Positions 1-13,198 of a stretch of 64,000 bases of DNA are shown here, one piece after another. The stretch comes from Podarcis filfolensis (Eukaryota): the NCBI GenBank assembly GCA_964270895.1, contig OZ185441.1; one strand, given 5' to 3'. The notes below the pieces were generated by a model. It had not been told where the DNA came from, did no database searches, and saw nothing but the letters and a program-made list of their open reading frames with translations. The number at the start of each line of letters is the position of its first letter. Position 1 is the stretch's first letter. Both the position numbers and the translations under genes were made by a program.

Positions 1-437
1 AACTGGGGTGCATTAATTTCAGTGGGTCTACTGAAATTAATTTAGTTGGATGCAGCCCTTAGGTTTCCTCCCAAAATGAGTGAGTAGGAGTCAGCTAATT
101 CCCTCAGTCACCAATTTATGTCTGGAGATAATGGAGGAAAAGGCAAGACGGTGGCATTCATGTTCTTATCTTTCTCCAATTCAGGCATGTCTATCGGGCC
201 TCTATCAGGCCAGTTATACCTCATCCCTAAGCCACACAGGTAGAGTGCATAATGCTTTGCAAATATGGCTCAAAACAGGAGACTACAATTCATTCATTCA
301 TCTGTTACCGGTTTCTCTGCATTAAAGTGCAGAACCTTGTTTAAACATGAACCATCTCTCTCTCTCTCTATCCCCCCCCCCCATAGTTGGCTATCACTTT
401 AAATACCCTGTGGTGGAATACTTGCAATGAAAATAAA

Positions 438-457
438 TTGTCACTAGGTGGCAGTAT
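438..457 (+). promoter_or_regulatory. Candidate CTCF binding site
   Basis: TGTCACTAGGTGGCAGTA matches the CTCF core CCACYAGRKGGCRS; motif match only. Confidence 0.4.
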
Positions 458-884
458 AGAGCTGTTTTGTAAGGGGCAACATGAGTTTCTAAATTTTAGA
501 AACCAAAACAAAGCCATAGGCTTCCTTTGGAAAACAACCTGTCCTTCCTTCATTTTTCTGTGGTAGGTAGAAGAAAGTTGTTCTATGGAGCCAAGCTGTT
601 GGTTTTGCACATTGAACGAAGTATAAGGAAACATTAAAATAGCAACCATATCCAAAATATCAGTAAAAAAAGGTGAGAATTTCCCAACATGTTAGGAATC
701 AGTTTTCTCAAGGTAGAGGAAAAAAATTACACCAAGGCCCCCCCCTCCCCAAGTCTAAGAGCTATATTTATTCATGGCGAAAGAGATAGATGCGCAAGCT
801 GGTGCTGGGATTTGGCCAAAGTGGGTGAGAACATAAGTGAAAGTTGGTGGAGTAATAGCTGCAACTCCTACTTTTGTACAGTGG

Positions 885-1110
885 GCAGGGCCAGCCCATC
901 CCATTTCGCCACCTGAGGCGGAACAGGAATTGTTGCCTCCTGCTGTGCCCCACTTCTGAAGCTGGCACACCCCGGCTGCCGTCAAACTCAGTGGGAGCTG
1001 AGGCACTCATCAAAGCACTGTTTGATGTATTACAGTATTTTAATATTTTTTTGGAAGCCGCCCAGAGTGGCTGGGGAAGCCCAGCCAGATGGACGGGGTA
1101 TAAATAAGAA

Positions 1111-1143
<33 letters not shown>

Positions 1144-1345
1144 GGCGCTTACTCAGCTTCTCTGTCTGGGGGTGGGGAAGATGAGCGCCAACGCTGCACA
1201 CTGGAACACCTCCCTTCCCAACAGCAGAAGTGTGGTGGGGCGGGGTGGGGTGGGCAGAGCACCGCCTCTTGCACTTTTGCTGCCTGAGGCGAATGCTTCC
1301 CCGTCTCATGGTCTGGCTGCCGCCTCTGACAGTGGGCTACATGCC
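885..1345. mobile_element. Degenerate GC-rich non-autonomous DNA transposon, interrupted by an L2-like tail
   Basis: The left part cagggccagccc...cgccacctgaggcg and the right part gctgcctgaggcg...ctcatggtctggctgcc share the cctgaggcg subterminal motif typical of reptile MITEs. Confidence 0.45.
1015..1143 (+). mobile_element. L2-like LINE 3' end with (ATT)n tail
   Basis: ggaagccgcccagagtggctgggga.cccagccagatgg.cggggtataaat followed by (ATT)n; the same tail recurs near 11275 and 28535. Confidence 0.75.
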
Positions 1346-2225
1346 AGCCAGAATTTCCTATAGTCCTCGCATCTCTTTATCCTCAATTCAGGCAAGAAAG
1401 AGCCATTACCACAAATCGAGATATTCCAGCCAAGCAAAATTGCTCGAGGAGAGTGCACAGCAGGGCTGGTGAGGCATATGGTCTAGGGAGAACCCCAGGG
1501 GCTGATAAGAGAGGCCTACAGAACTTCATTCATGCCCCAGACCTGAAGTCCCCCAATCTACACCAAAGATTACTTCCACAATGGGAAAAACATGCAAGTG
1601 ATGTTTTCTAGGTTACTTTAGTTAGTTAGTTCATTTTAGTGTTTAGATCCTGAAAATTCAACAACAGTCCTAGGGCACCAATACATCTAGTTCATGTTTA
1701 GAGTAGAATTATCATTTTGTTTAGTATAGTATAACAGTAGCCACAAATAATATATTGTATATGCTCATCAGAGTACACAACTAAAAAAAAAAAAAAAAAA
1801 AAGGCTAATTCCCAATCATAGATACAAGAATAAAAGTTCTTCTCTTTGAAGAATAAAACTTAAAACATCTGATGTCTTAGCATACGAAGCCGAGTGAAGC
1901 TGCTCTGTATACTGTGCCAGATTTAGGTACAGGAGTATTAGAACCAGGAAGCTGGACAGGCATTGCACAGCCATTTTTAATGAGCCTAAAATTAAATATA
2001 TACAGTACTGTTCATCACAAATTCTTTCAAGATTCTTCACTTCTGTCATAAATTGGGGGATGCTGTGGGATCAGAGAGCTAATCTGAAGAAATCAGGTGC
2101 ACTGACTATAGTATTAGTTGTTTATTACAACATAAGTGAAAGTGAAAACCTTCACAAGTGCATTTCCCACATAAAAGAGCAATACACATGTATACAAGAA
2201 ACTTATAAATGTGGGATCAACTTAC

Positions 2226-2262
2226 CTTGTGTAGCAATATAGTGGTTTGGCCTGTGATAACC
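2226..2262 (-). CDS. PTPRM: PTPRM exon, 37 nt (D1): [12 protein letters not shown](G)
   Basis: ttatttcag|GGTTATCAC...ACACAAG|gtaagt; YIATQG motif. Confidence 0.95.
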
Positions 2263-4727
2263 CTGAAATAAATTTTTAAAAAGCATTTTGTGTGAATCTT
2301 GCGCAATCTGTCACAGGAACAAGGCAAAAAACATAAACATAAATGCGCACAAAGAAACCTACTAAGGGCAAAGGCTTCACCTTATGAATATGAAAAAAGC
2401 TGACAGGTGTAGCAGCTATAGCTGACAGGAGGCTTTTAAAAGCTGTGTGTGATTAGGTAAGGAGTCACAGCTGCTGTATTCTAGAGGATCCTGTTCTTTT
2501 CCAAGGAAATGGTCTAACCTAGTGACACCTGCAGGTAGCAGCAGCATTTGTTTAAAACCCTTTCACTTCTCAAAATTCCTGCAGCATTGCAAGGCACAGC
2601 AGCTAAGGTCAAATGTTTAAGTTATCAGGGCAGCATATTATCCACTGAAAAACTGCTTTCCTGTAATCTGATTCTACATCACCCAGATACTGTTTGGCAC
2701 ATCCAATCATCACATGGTTACTTGCCAGCCCAGTTCTGCTAACTGAGCAGCAGTAAAGAGAGAAATAATGTTGAAATCAGTGCTTCTCATCTGGTTATTA
2801 CTACGGAACCACAAAGAACTATGGAACTTTTTCTGTGGCTACTGTTGGGCCTGGGTAATGCAAGAATTAGGCCTAAGCTCTAAGCTATTGGCCATTCCTT
2901 AAAGTAGGAACATAGGAAGCTGCTTTTTATCAAGTCAGACCACTGGCCTAACTGCTCATTATTATCGATAATATGCTTTACCACTGAGCTGCAGCTCACA
3001 TCCATGAAATTTAAATGGCAAGAGCAGGAAAAGTAATTGTTACGTACAATTCTATAAGGATTATATTATACTTGCCCATCAATGATTATTATGTTTACAT
3101 TGCCTTTACATACACACCTCTAATGAAAAGGCTGTTAACGCCACCAGTGTCTTTGAAGCACAAAATTTATGTACAATTGCCACTGAAACTAATAGGATTT
3201 GCAGTTCTGGTGTACTTAAAAATTAAAAATGAATCCAAAAGAGAAACATTACAGGCAAAACTGCATACAAAGTTGTTAACAGTAGAAACTTCTTATCAAT
3301 ATTAATAAAGTTAATGCTAAATCTTTTCCATCTTTAGACATCTATACCTTTAAAGCACATTCCTACATCCTCAAAGAATTATGGGCACTGTAGTTTGTTA
3401 AGGGTTGCTGGGAATTGAACTCTATGAGGAGTAAACTACAGTGTCCAGAATTCTTTGAGGGGGAAAGTGTTTTGAATGTGCTTTAACAGTTGTTTGTGAC
3501 TGGGGGGAAATTCCATTTTGTTGGACTAAGAATAGTTTGCTCAGCTCTAACTTGAAAACAACAAGAGGAATTCAGTCCTGTGCATTAGGATTCTTCCATC
3601 AGCTGAAGCATTTTTGCTTGCCAGATGGAATGATCTCCCCTCTGCTCCCCATGTGTGCTATTCTGGGGGATCTTAAGTTTCGATTTAAAGCTAAATTAAC
3701 CACTATTTAGAAGCATTTAGTTTACAGCATGGGAAAACACACACTCCTTAGCGTTGAGACTGCCAAATAAGATGTGCAATTTGCTTGTTGAAACTCTTGC
3801 AGGGTAAAAAAATGCAATAAACAAACAAACAAATAAATAAACAAACTAGTTTTAATTAACTGAGAAAGAAATGATCTAAATTCACTTTTGTCATAGTAAT
3901 TGGGAAATTGTGCATATAAGGTATTGGCAGCTTTGTCACAAGGTGTCACTAATGAAGATAAAAGCAATGTTGATATCAATTAAGATGACTAGGTTGTTCT
4001 GAGTTACTAAACATTAATGTTATGTGTGAACATGAAAATTACTGATTTTCTTTGCAGACTTGGTGCATAAAATGGCATTGACTCTTCCTTGATTTCCAGC
4101 TCTACTTTTGATTTCATTCTTTCTATGCCCCCCAAATGCTGTCTCTTAAAGAATTTATTCTAATGTAAAACATTAAGTTAACATGATGCAGAATGAACAA
4201 AGAAGCAGTCTTCAATAATTAAACAGAATACATATTTAATGAACTGTCTTGCTTGCATTAGAAGTCCTGGTTAACAGATGCAGTCTATACTTTGAAGGCT
4301 GCTTAAAAGTGCCGAGATGACAAGAGATTGCAAGCCACTGCATTAGGAATTATAGAGTTTTGTCACATTAATATGCAAACAGCCCCCCTTTAAAAATTGA
4401 ACCATGCCAAGTTGTTGACAGAAAATGAAAATAACATATCTTTGGTCCCCCATAAATTTCAGGAGGAAAAGTAGCCAGATAAAATTACTGGCAAGTCTCC
4501 ACTCCAATACATGGCAATTTTAGGAAATGTCTGATTTTATTTTCTTATTAGCAATCTTTGGTAGTTTTAATCTCAACTCTAGCATACAAGAGGGGGTCTC
4601 CAGATTGGTTTCTCACAGAATTTAACAGCTGGCATCCTGATTGCATACAACATCATTTGAAATATCAAATGAAAGTCTTTCCTTAAAATAATACTGTTAA
4701 ATTTCTTGTCTAGATGAGTATACGTAC

Positions 4728-4804
4728 ATCGATATAATTTCCATTGATGTAGTCAGAGTTTAAGTCCCCTTCAATGGGCTGCAGCCTAACTCGAGAATGA
4801 TCAT
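4728..4804 (-). CDS. PTPRM: PTPRM exon, 77 nt (D1): [26 protein letters not shown]
   Basis: ttctatttcag|ATGATCATTCT...TATATCGAT|gtacgt; PTP motifs DxxRVxL and DYINA/GNY. Confidence 0.96.
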
Positions 4805-7356
4805 CTGAAATAGAACACATAACACATGCATTAAGGAATTTGTATTCTACTCAATACTCATCAAATAACAGTCAACATCATATAGTCACGTGGATAATAG
4901 AAGGAACACAAGATGACAAGATACATTGTCCCCTCACAATGCTATGATTACTTTAAAAGACTTGTTTTTTAAAAACATAAAAAGAAAGCAAGTCAGTTGG
5001 CCCTGTCCTCAGGGGTAGAATAACATCTGAAATAAACTTCCATCCAAAAATCTTTATGGTTTTCAGTGTTCCTCCCCTAACAGCGTTTTCGTAAACAAAG
5101 TTCAGACTGAAATGCAATATTAGTGATGATTTTGAGTTAGCACGACTTTCATGCACTCCTTATTACAAACCATTTCTTCCCAATTCTTAGTCTTTGTGTA
5201 ATGCAAATCAGTCATAGGCTTGCTGTTTGTGGACCACAACATTTTCTTCCTGGATGGTTGCCAAGTGCAAAGGCATCTGAAAGCCTTCTGAATTAGAACT
5301 CAACTCCTTATGTTATCTACGTGGAGGCTGTCCTCTGCATTCCAAGCAGAAGAATGAATAGTTAGGATGCAAAAGGAAACAGGGAACACCATGGAATAAT
5401 GTGTATTGCTCGGTTTGTGGTTGTTCGTGTTACTGAGATATTTCAGTCAAGATGTTAATACACAGTCACAATGTTACATTCCAGTTTCCATGTGAAAGAC
5501 TGCTTGAAGGCTTCAGCATAAAATAGCATTCATGGGGGCTGAGCTCTTTTGGCCACGCCCCCAATATATTTGGGGAGGGGGTGGCTCCCCAATGTCCTAA
5601 AAATTAGGGAGTGGAGGAGGCTGTCAGTGGCCAGCTCCTTCTCCTCCTCCAACCTGCTATGGAGAGAAAAGAGGCTCAAAGCAGCCCACCGTTGGTGGCA
5701 ATGGCAAGAGGAGGAGGGGGAAGCTGTGCTGCTGCCCTGTTTGGGTCCTCCGTCAGCTCCTCCCAACGACCTGACATCACGTGTGTGATACACACACACA
5801 CCCAGCGCCAAATTGCTCTCAACAAACTTGTGTCTCTAATCACCTGTACCATGTGGAGACTTTCCATGAAACTACCCATGATACAGAAACCTTTCAATTG
5901 ACTTCCGGCATGATGGCAATCAGGTCAGAATCTACTCTGAATGCTGGTGGAAAATGACAGAGCACATGCACAGCGACACTTACATGCACCTAGCAACATT
6001 TCTACCTTCCGTTAATTCAGTGCAGCTCACTTTAATTTGGTATCCACCACAGTAAATTTTCCACTATTATATGTGTCATGGAATTGGGGTTGACCTGAAA
6101 ACGTACTTCAGATCACTGTAGGTTTATGGGCCATGGAATAAAATCGCTCTCTGTAGGAATATGAAAGGGGTTTCTGTATTATCACAGAAATAAATTACCT
6201 GGAAGTGTCAATGTGATTAGGTGTGCAGTTGTAATTTAGATAGGGAAACTTACTGATCACCCACCAGTAGAATATTACTGTACTTTCACATTACAATTAT
6301 AATTTAGATTCAAAATACAATTCAAATTTAAATAATAAAAAATAGAAATCAATTACTCACAGGTTTACCAGGCCAGAAAGATTATACAAAGAAGGTAAGT
6401 ATTAAGAAACTCTGGGGGGAAAGTAAGCTACCTGTACTCTGAAAATCAGCGGTTTTACTCTGCAATTAGGGAGGCTACTTAGAGTAACTAGATTCATTCT
6501 CTCTGGAGTTGGAGAATGAATAAACAAGCAACCTTTACTCTACTTTTTCCTCTTCACTTGTCACCACCATCTGAGCAAACAGTAACTTGTTAAAGTAAGA
6601 AGAAATATAGTGTTGTTTTAAAACAGGAATACCCAACATGTTGCACTTCCAATTTTCTGGACAACAACTCCATCATGCCTGAAAATTGGACATACTGGCT
6701 GGAACTGATGGGAATTGTAGTGTGAAACATCAAGACAGCACCACCCTGGCTACCCCTGTTCTGAATCATTGCATTGTTGTTGTTGTTTTGCTTCCCCACT
6801 CCTCTTAGCTTCAACCTCTGTTGAAAATGCAGGACATAAACTACCTAAACAAACCAACAAATAAACATCAGGGCAGTATCTCTGGAATATATTCTGTATG
6901 TCTGTTTCCACGGGTGTCTCTCTGGATGCATTTAAAATACTCATGATACTACTTTTAAATGACTGATTAACTGTGGAAATTGGAAGCTATGCAGAGTACG
7001 TCTTATAGGAAAGATTATTTCCCTTAATGCATTCTGCAAAACCCCCAAGCAAATCAGTAATATGATACCTTGGAAAGCAGAAAAATAAAATTGTGGCATT
7101 CCACCTGGTTTTGGTTGTGTGTTTAAATAAGTCCATGTTGCTCTCAGATTGTGATTAAATGCTATTCCTTAAAATGGTGTTTGTGCTCTCATGGCCAAAT
7201 TCACAAGGCATGTTTAACTTATGTTCAATTGGAATGAAAGGAGGTTTGTGTCATGGGAAGTTTATTTCAAGACTAAACAGTTTGCCCTCTTGTATGCCCC
7301 TCTGTAAGTAGGTTCTTCTGGAAAAACTCATGACATATGCACAACTCTTTGGAATA

Positions 7357-7609
7357 CAGTCATACCTTGGGTTGAATGTGCTTCAGTTTGAGCGATTTCA
7401 GGTTGCGCTCCGCGGCTACCCGGAAGTAACAGAGCGCGTTACTTCCGGGTTTTGCCGCTCGCGCATGCGCTCAAAATGACATCACGTACATGCGCGGAAG
7501 TGGCAAAACACGACCCGCGCATGCGCAGACGCGGCGTCGTATCTTACGTTCCATTCAGGATGCGAACGGGGCTCCGGAGAGCATCCTGTTCGCATCCCGA
7601 GGTACCACT
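7357..7609. mobile_element. Tc1/mariner (Tigger/pogo-like) MITE with a CpG-rich internal segment
   Basis: TA|cagtcatacct ... gaggtaccact; the termini resemble the CAGTGGTACCTC TIR of the other MITEs, but the internal sequence differs. Confidence 0.7.
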
Positions 7610-10518
7610 TAGTTGTCTACTAAACAGTCCTGCAGAAAAATGTTGACTCTTTGTTAGCTGTGCAAGCTGTCAGACAAACAGGAATATGTAAATACCTTTT
7701 TGCTAGAGCAAGCACATACGACTTTGAATGCATTACGGTAGTGGTTACTTTCTAGAGGAAACTAGATTGTAACAGGCATCTTGTGGAAATTCATATTTTC
7801 TTTACTATGTGAGTCTGTATTTTTGAATAACTATAGCAGGGGACTCAAAGAGCCCGAACCTGATGTTACAAAAGCTTCTTATTTTTCAATGCTTATGGGA
7901 AAATGGATGGTGCATATTTACTGCACCCTTTAGGAGGGCAGGAAGTAAAGAGCTGTTTTATGGTGCTTTACAGTGGATTTACAGTGGATTCCATTACTGA
8001 ATATGCGTAGTGATAAAAAGGATGTGATGCTGCTGATATTAAAATATTTTACCTCTGTATTGCTATACCAAAGCCATTTTGACAGTAACAAGTTGCAGCA
8101 TATAGTTATTAGAATGCTGGATATTGTTACAAGTTTGTGAAAGCGCCTATCGCTTTGGTTTTATGTAAGAGGATGGTCGATAAAACAAGCTTAATGCCCC
8201 TAAATTGTTCCAAATCTTTCTCCAGCCTTTACACTTTTCAGCTGGTGGGAAGCGAGGAAATATTTTGCTGAGAGACAAACTTCTGCAGCTTCAGGGGAGG
8301 TACCTGAAGGGAGTCCATGCTGAAGGTCTCTGGGAATATGATGCAGTTAGCAATTGTAGTGGCTGCTTTAGGCATTTGACCACTTCCAATATTGCTTTTA
8401 TTTTTTTTAAATAGATATTAGAATGATAATATGAGCCACTTTAATTAATAGGAAACAAATCCAACTGCTCTGGAATGTTGGCTGAGCTGCTGCTTTGCAT
8501 TAAATTTGTTCAGCTATTCTTTAAACTAAGGCACAGACATGGTAAAAGGGATGGATGTCACATGCCTGCTCTTTGCACTTCAATAGTGGTGCCAAGAAAA
8601 AGGGCAGTTTTGAAAGCTTCCTCGGTAAGAATTCTTTCTTGACACCTTCTCAGAAGTGTCTCTTCCTTGCAAGCAAACGCCTCATTCAACATACCCTTAT
8701 TCTATTCACTACATAATATGCTCCCCTGTAAATGTACCCAGTGTCAGCTAATGCGTATTTGTCAAAATCCATTACCCTACTTTAGCAAACGTTCCACACT
8801 TGTATGACCCTTATTCTTTAATGGTTCTACTTTTAAGTCAAGAGACCTTCAGATAAGAGGATGGCAATGCCATTAAATGCTTTCCTCATAGTGAACATGA
8901 ACCTTAGTGAAGTCTATTCGCAAGAGGCCGTCTTCAAAAGGGCGAATGCTTATTATTTAGTGTCATCATTTACCTATCTGTGTGATTAATTAAAACTCTG
9001 ATCCAGTAGGAAATGAAGACTGCAATCCTACAGACACTTACCTAGAAGAATGTTCCGTAATACTTGTGGGGAAAGTGTCATGAATGGCTGTAAGCCACAT
9101 GAGGAAATGGGGTCACAGACTATTCTAATTACATAAAATGTAGTGCTCAACTCTCTTTGGACATCTATAGTTTTGCTGACTAAAGGAGCATATTTTAAGC
9201 AACATGTGTCTGAAGCTAGTGTATCTGGCATTGGGCTGTAGATATAACACTTTGTAGACAATATATTTTAAACAAAAACAATACCATAAATGCTTACTTG
9301 ATATTTACACAAACCTTCAGCCACAGTGGACACAATCCAGCAAATGTTAGGCATTTCTGAGAGCCAAACTAAATGTGCAGGCAGTTTCACATACAAATGG
9401 GAATGAGATGGTCTGCTTATGAGTTCAAGGGTGGGAACTAAAACCCAACCTCCTCTCCTGCCTTGTGTCGCTGCACTCTATTTAAGTAGTTTCTCCTTAG
9501 CTGCCTCCAGTATGAGACATGAGCTGGGCACTAAGAATTTTGCTTCAAACCTACAGAGCACAGTGTAATAGATAAGGGAGGGGTTGATTTTCCCCTCCTC
9601 CCCCATATGCTTTTTTTAAAAAGACATGTGTAGACTCTCCCCGCCTTCATTTCATATGCTTAATAGACACACAACTGCCACACATGTCTACTTTTGTTCT
9701 AAAAGTCCCACTGAAATAAATGGAAATCAAGTGTACCACTAACACTTAAATGGGAGCTAGCTGTGTTTCGCTTTCAAAGCATTCCCCTCCCCACTTCTGT
9801 ATCGAAACATCATGGTTGAAGCATTACGTATAAAAACATTACAGCTGAAATATGAGACAAGTTATTACATGTGTACTTATCAACAGTACTGATTCCATAT
9901 CAATAATCAGTAACGTAGTACTGTAACAACCTGTCTCATATTTCAACTGTAACGTTTTCAAGACAGGGGACCATATTTCAATTTCCGTTTTTTCCATTGT
10001 GCTACTGTAGGAGGATCCTAGACTCTAGAGAATAAAACATATCATTATTAAATATAGTTTAGTTCTAGCCTTCCTCTGAGGAGCTCAAGGTCACCAGCCT
10101 GAGAGCCATGGCTAAGATACAAGGTGAAACCCTTTCATGCAGTCCAACACTAATCACTATTCCACACTGGTTCTCTCGCCAATTCAGTTCTGAAGTCTTT
10201 AAACTATTAAAGTACATACTTCTCCCATATTCTTTAATTATGGTGGCAGGAGCTCAGTTTTTTACTCCACACAAATAGATGGTAATTGTTTTATTGATTT
10301 GTTAATTACTTTGTATAGTTTATGCTGCATTTGTGATGTTCTATTATGTTCTGGTTATTTATTATTTGTAAGCCGCTTTGGGATTCATTTGAATGAAAAG
10401 TGGCACAGAAATACAATAAACGAAGTCAACACAAATCAAACATATAGAGGTGGGCAGCGTTGTCAAGTTGCTAAAAGGAAATTTACACAGAGGTACAACT
10501 ACACTTGTCAACACTTAC

Positions 10519-10606
10519 ATGCAATGATATTCCCATATCTATTCTTCATTCGGTTCTCATCTTTTTTAGCTGAGTCCCAAGGTGCAGACTGTCCTTCAAA
10601 GAAACT
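10519..10606 (-). CDS. PTPRM: PTPRM exon, 88 nt (wedge / start of D1): [29 protein letters not shown](Y)
   Basis: tttttaacag|AGTTTCTTTGAA...ATTGCAT|gtaagt; contains the KNRY phosphotyrosine-recognition motif. Confidence 0.97.
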
Positions 10607-11224
10607 CTGTTAAAAAGAAACAGGGGAAGCAAAAACAACTCTAAGCGAAAGAATATGTAGCAGAACAAACACTGAAGATAACACAGAAAGACACAAGGAG
10701 AAAATACCACAGCAATGTGCAAAACACGTAAAGACTGAACTGTAGTTATTGTTTGTTCCTTTGCTTGTTACTTATAAGTAATTTCACGAGCGGTTATGAA
10801 AACATTGTTCTTTTTAAAATAAATGAAGCATCAATAGATTTAGAAGATAAGGCTGACAGCATAGTACAGTCGAGTATTAGTAGAGATAGGATGAGCCGGA
10901 CATTCAGAGTAATGACAGCAAAAAAGAAGTGAAAGGTTTTTAAGAATCATCCTGAAACTTTTAGAGGTCATTTCCATTACAACAAAAGTCAAAAGATTAT
11001 CCTGCTCTGATTATCATGGATAGCTGAGGCTCAATATGGTGTTTAAACTTTCAGAATACACAGTCAACTGAAGGTATGAAATACTCTTTCAATACCCCGG
11101 ACACACGTGTGCCTTCTTCAGATTTACAGGTCTGTATACACACATTTAAAGTGTATGGCTTCCCCCCAAGAATCCTTGAAATGTAGTTTGTTATGGGTGT
11201 TAGGAATTGTAGCTTTGTAGGGGG

Positions 11225-11349
11225 TAAGTTTTTAATATTTGATGAATTACTGTATTTTAATCTTTTGTTGGAAGCCGCCCAGAGTGACTGGGGAAACCCA
11301 GCCAGATGGGAAGGAAGGTAGGAATGAATGAATGAATGAATGAATGAAT
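11225..11349 (+). mobile_element. L2-like LINE 3' end with (GAAT)n tail
   Basis: ggaagccgcccagagtgactggggaaacccagccagatggg followed by GAAT repeats. Confidence 0.7.
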
Positions 11350-13123
11350 AATAATTAAACTATAGTTGCTAGGATGGGGTGGGAAGTCATGTGCTTTAAA
11401 TGTGTTTTTATGTATGCTGTGTATGCAGTCCATGAGAAAGGAGCATCATTCATTTATTCCATATTGATCACTGGATCATTAAGGTTGGTACAACTTGTCA
11501 TGACTGGATTTCTCTTTAAAAGGACAGAACTCCATTATGCAGCCTAAATAAGGGGGACCCCATAAGATGCGATTCAGTTATAAAGGCTTTCCACTGAAGA
11601 AGAAGAAGAAAAGACTTCTATAGCTAATGGCACTTGGCTAAATGGCTCTTCCTTAGGCAATACCTCTTTGCATGCAATTCATGTCCACATTTGTTTTATT
11701 AAAATCATTATTTACAATACTTCATAAGATTATTGAATTTCCAGGAAGGGGAAAATGTTTTCATCATGCAGATAACCTGGTTCAATATTTGCTTAACCAT
11801 AGCACTGTATTATTTAATCAGGTTTATTTAAGAATTAATTCATTTGGGTTAGGAGTGCACATTCATTGGTCAACTAGGGATGAAAGTAGGCAGATAGATT
11901 TCCATCCCAGGCTGTATTTGTCCCAAGCAGAGCTGTTTCTCTTCCGCTACAGCTTGGCTTTCACTGCAACCCACATTGCTTGTCTCCTATCTGCTATATG
12001 ACCAGAACTAATGTAAATAATGATGTAATTAATTTCAGTGCATCTCAATGGGAAAAGGACAACTAAAACAATGCAGAAAACACTGTAAATATTTACATAA
12101 TGTTTGTGGGCTAAAAAAAACAAGCAACAAAGGCAGCGGATACTGCTTGTCTTTGCTTCCATGATTTCCATTCCTGACCTCCGACAAAAATGAGAATGGC
12201 AGCAATTCCCACTCTCGTTTCCCTTTCTGATGGAATTATCTGACATCCCTGGTTAGCGTTCCGTTGCCATAGGGATTTGTTTGCGGCAGAAATGGTTTGT
12301 GACTGCTTGGCCCCATTACCTGCCCTACCTGTGCTCAGCATAACTTATGAAAGAGCCTGTATGTCTGGGCGTAGGCTCTGTACATAGAACCGGGGGCATA
12401 CAGTGTTCCCATGTGTACAATTTGTAGGTATGAAGGCTGTTTCAGAATGGATGCCAAAAGCACCGAGGACAGCGGTCATGAACCTGCACCTTCCTATGTA
12501 TGCTCACTCTTCTCAGAAATAATAATCCTTCATTGTGAATAATATTTCCTCTAGTAAATACAACAGCAGTTGTCTGATTCTGAATGCATAAGTGGTATCT
12601 TTAGGCCTGTGAGTGCTGTAGGAAAAAGCTTCCATTTCTCTGCTTCTCTCTCTCTCCCTGACCTGCCATCCACCAATATAAATGCACAGCCTCCCCTAAT
12701 AAAACTTCTGAACAGGACTTAAATGCCTTATAAGATAAAGTTAAACATTTGAATAGAAAGAACATCCTTCTCTATTTAACTATAAGTACTTTAAGAATAA
12801 TTTTCACAAAAACCAATTTAAAATTTAGAGACTTCTAGCAGCCTCTTCTCCTTTTAAATTCTAATGCCGGATCTTCCAAAAGGGAAGATTTCTATATGAG
12901 GCTTATTTTGTATTAATCTGAAGAATGTACGAAGAACAACAATTCAAATTCAACTGTAGCAACACACTCCTTGGCACCATAGTTAACTGTAACAAAGTAA
13001 ATTGTCTTTCAGATTTATCTCTAAAACAATGAACAGAGTGAGCAGATATGTTTTTATAATTCTCCTCTTATACAAAGAATTCCCTAGGTTAAATATACAC
13101 ATTTATGATATAATTAATGTACA

Positions 13124-13125
<2 letters not shown>

Positions 13126-13196
<71 letters not shown>
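13126..13196. repeat. Compound (GT)n(TA)n microsatellite
   Basis: Seen directly. Confidence 0.97.

Positions 13197-13198
<2 letters not shown>

Noticed and set aside
2263-4727. Possible 18-nt microexon within D1 (IWLYRD-type, which I recall from paralogous type IIB PTPs)
   Set aside because: I found no matching sequence with valid splice sites by eye.
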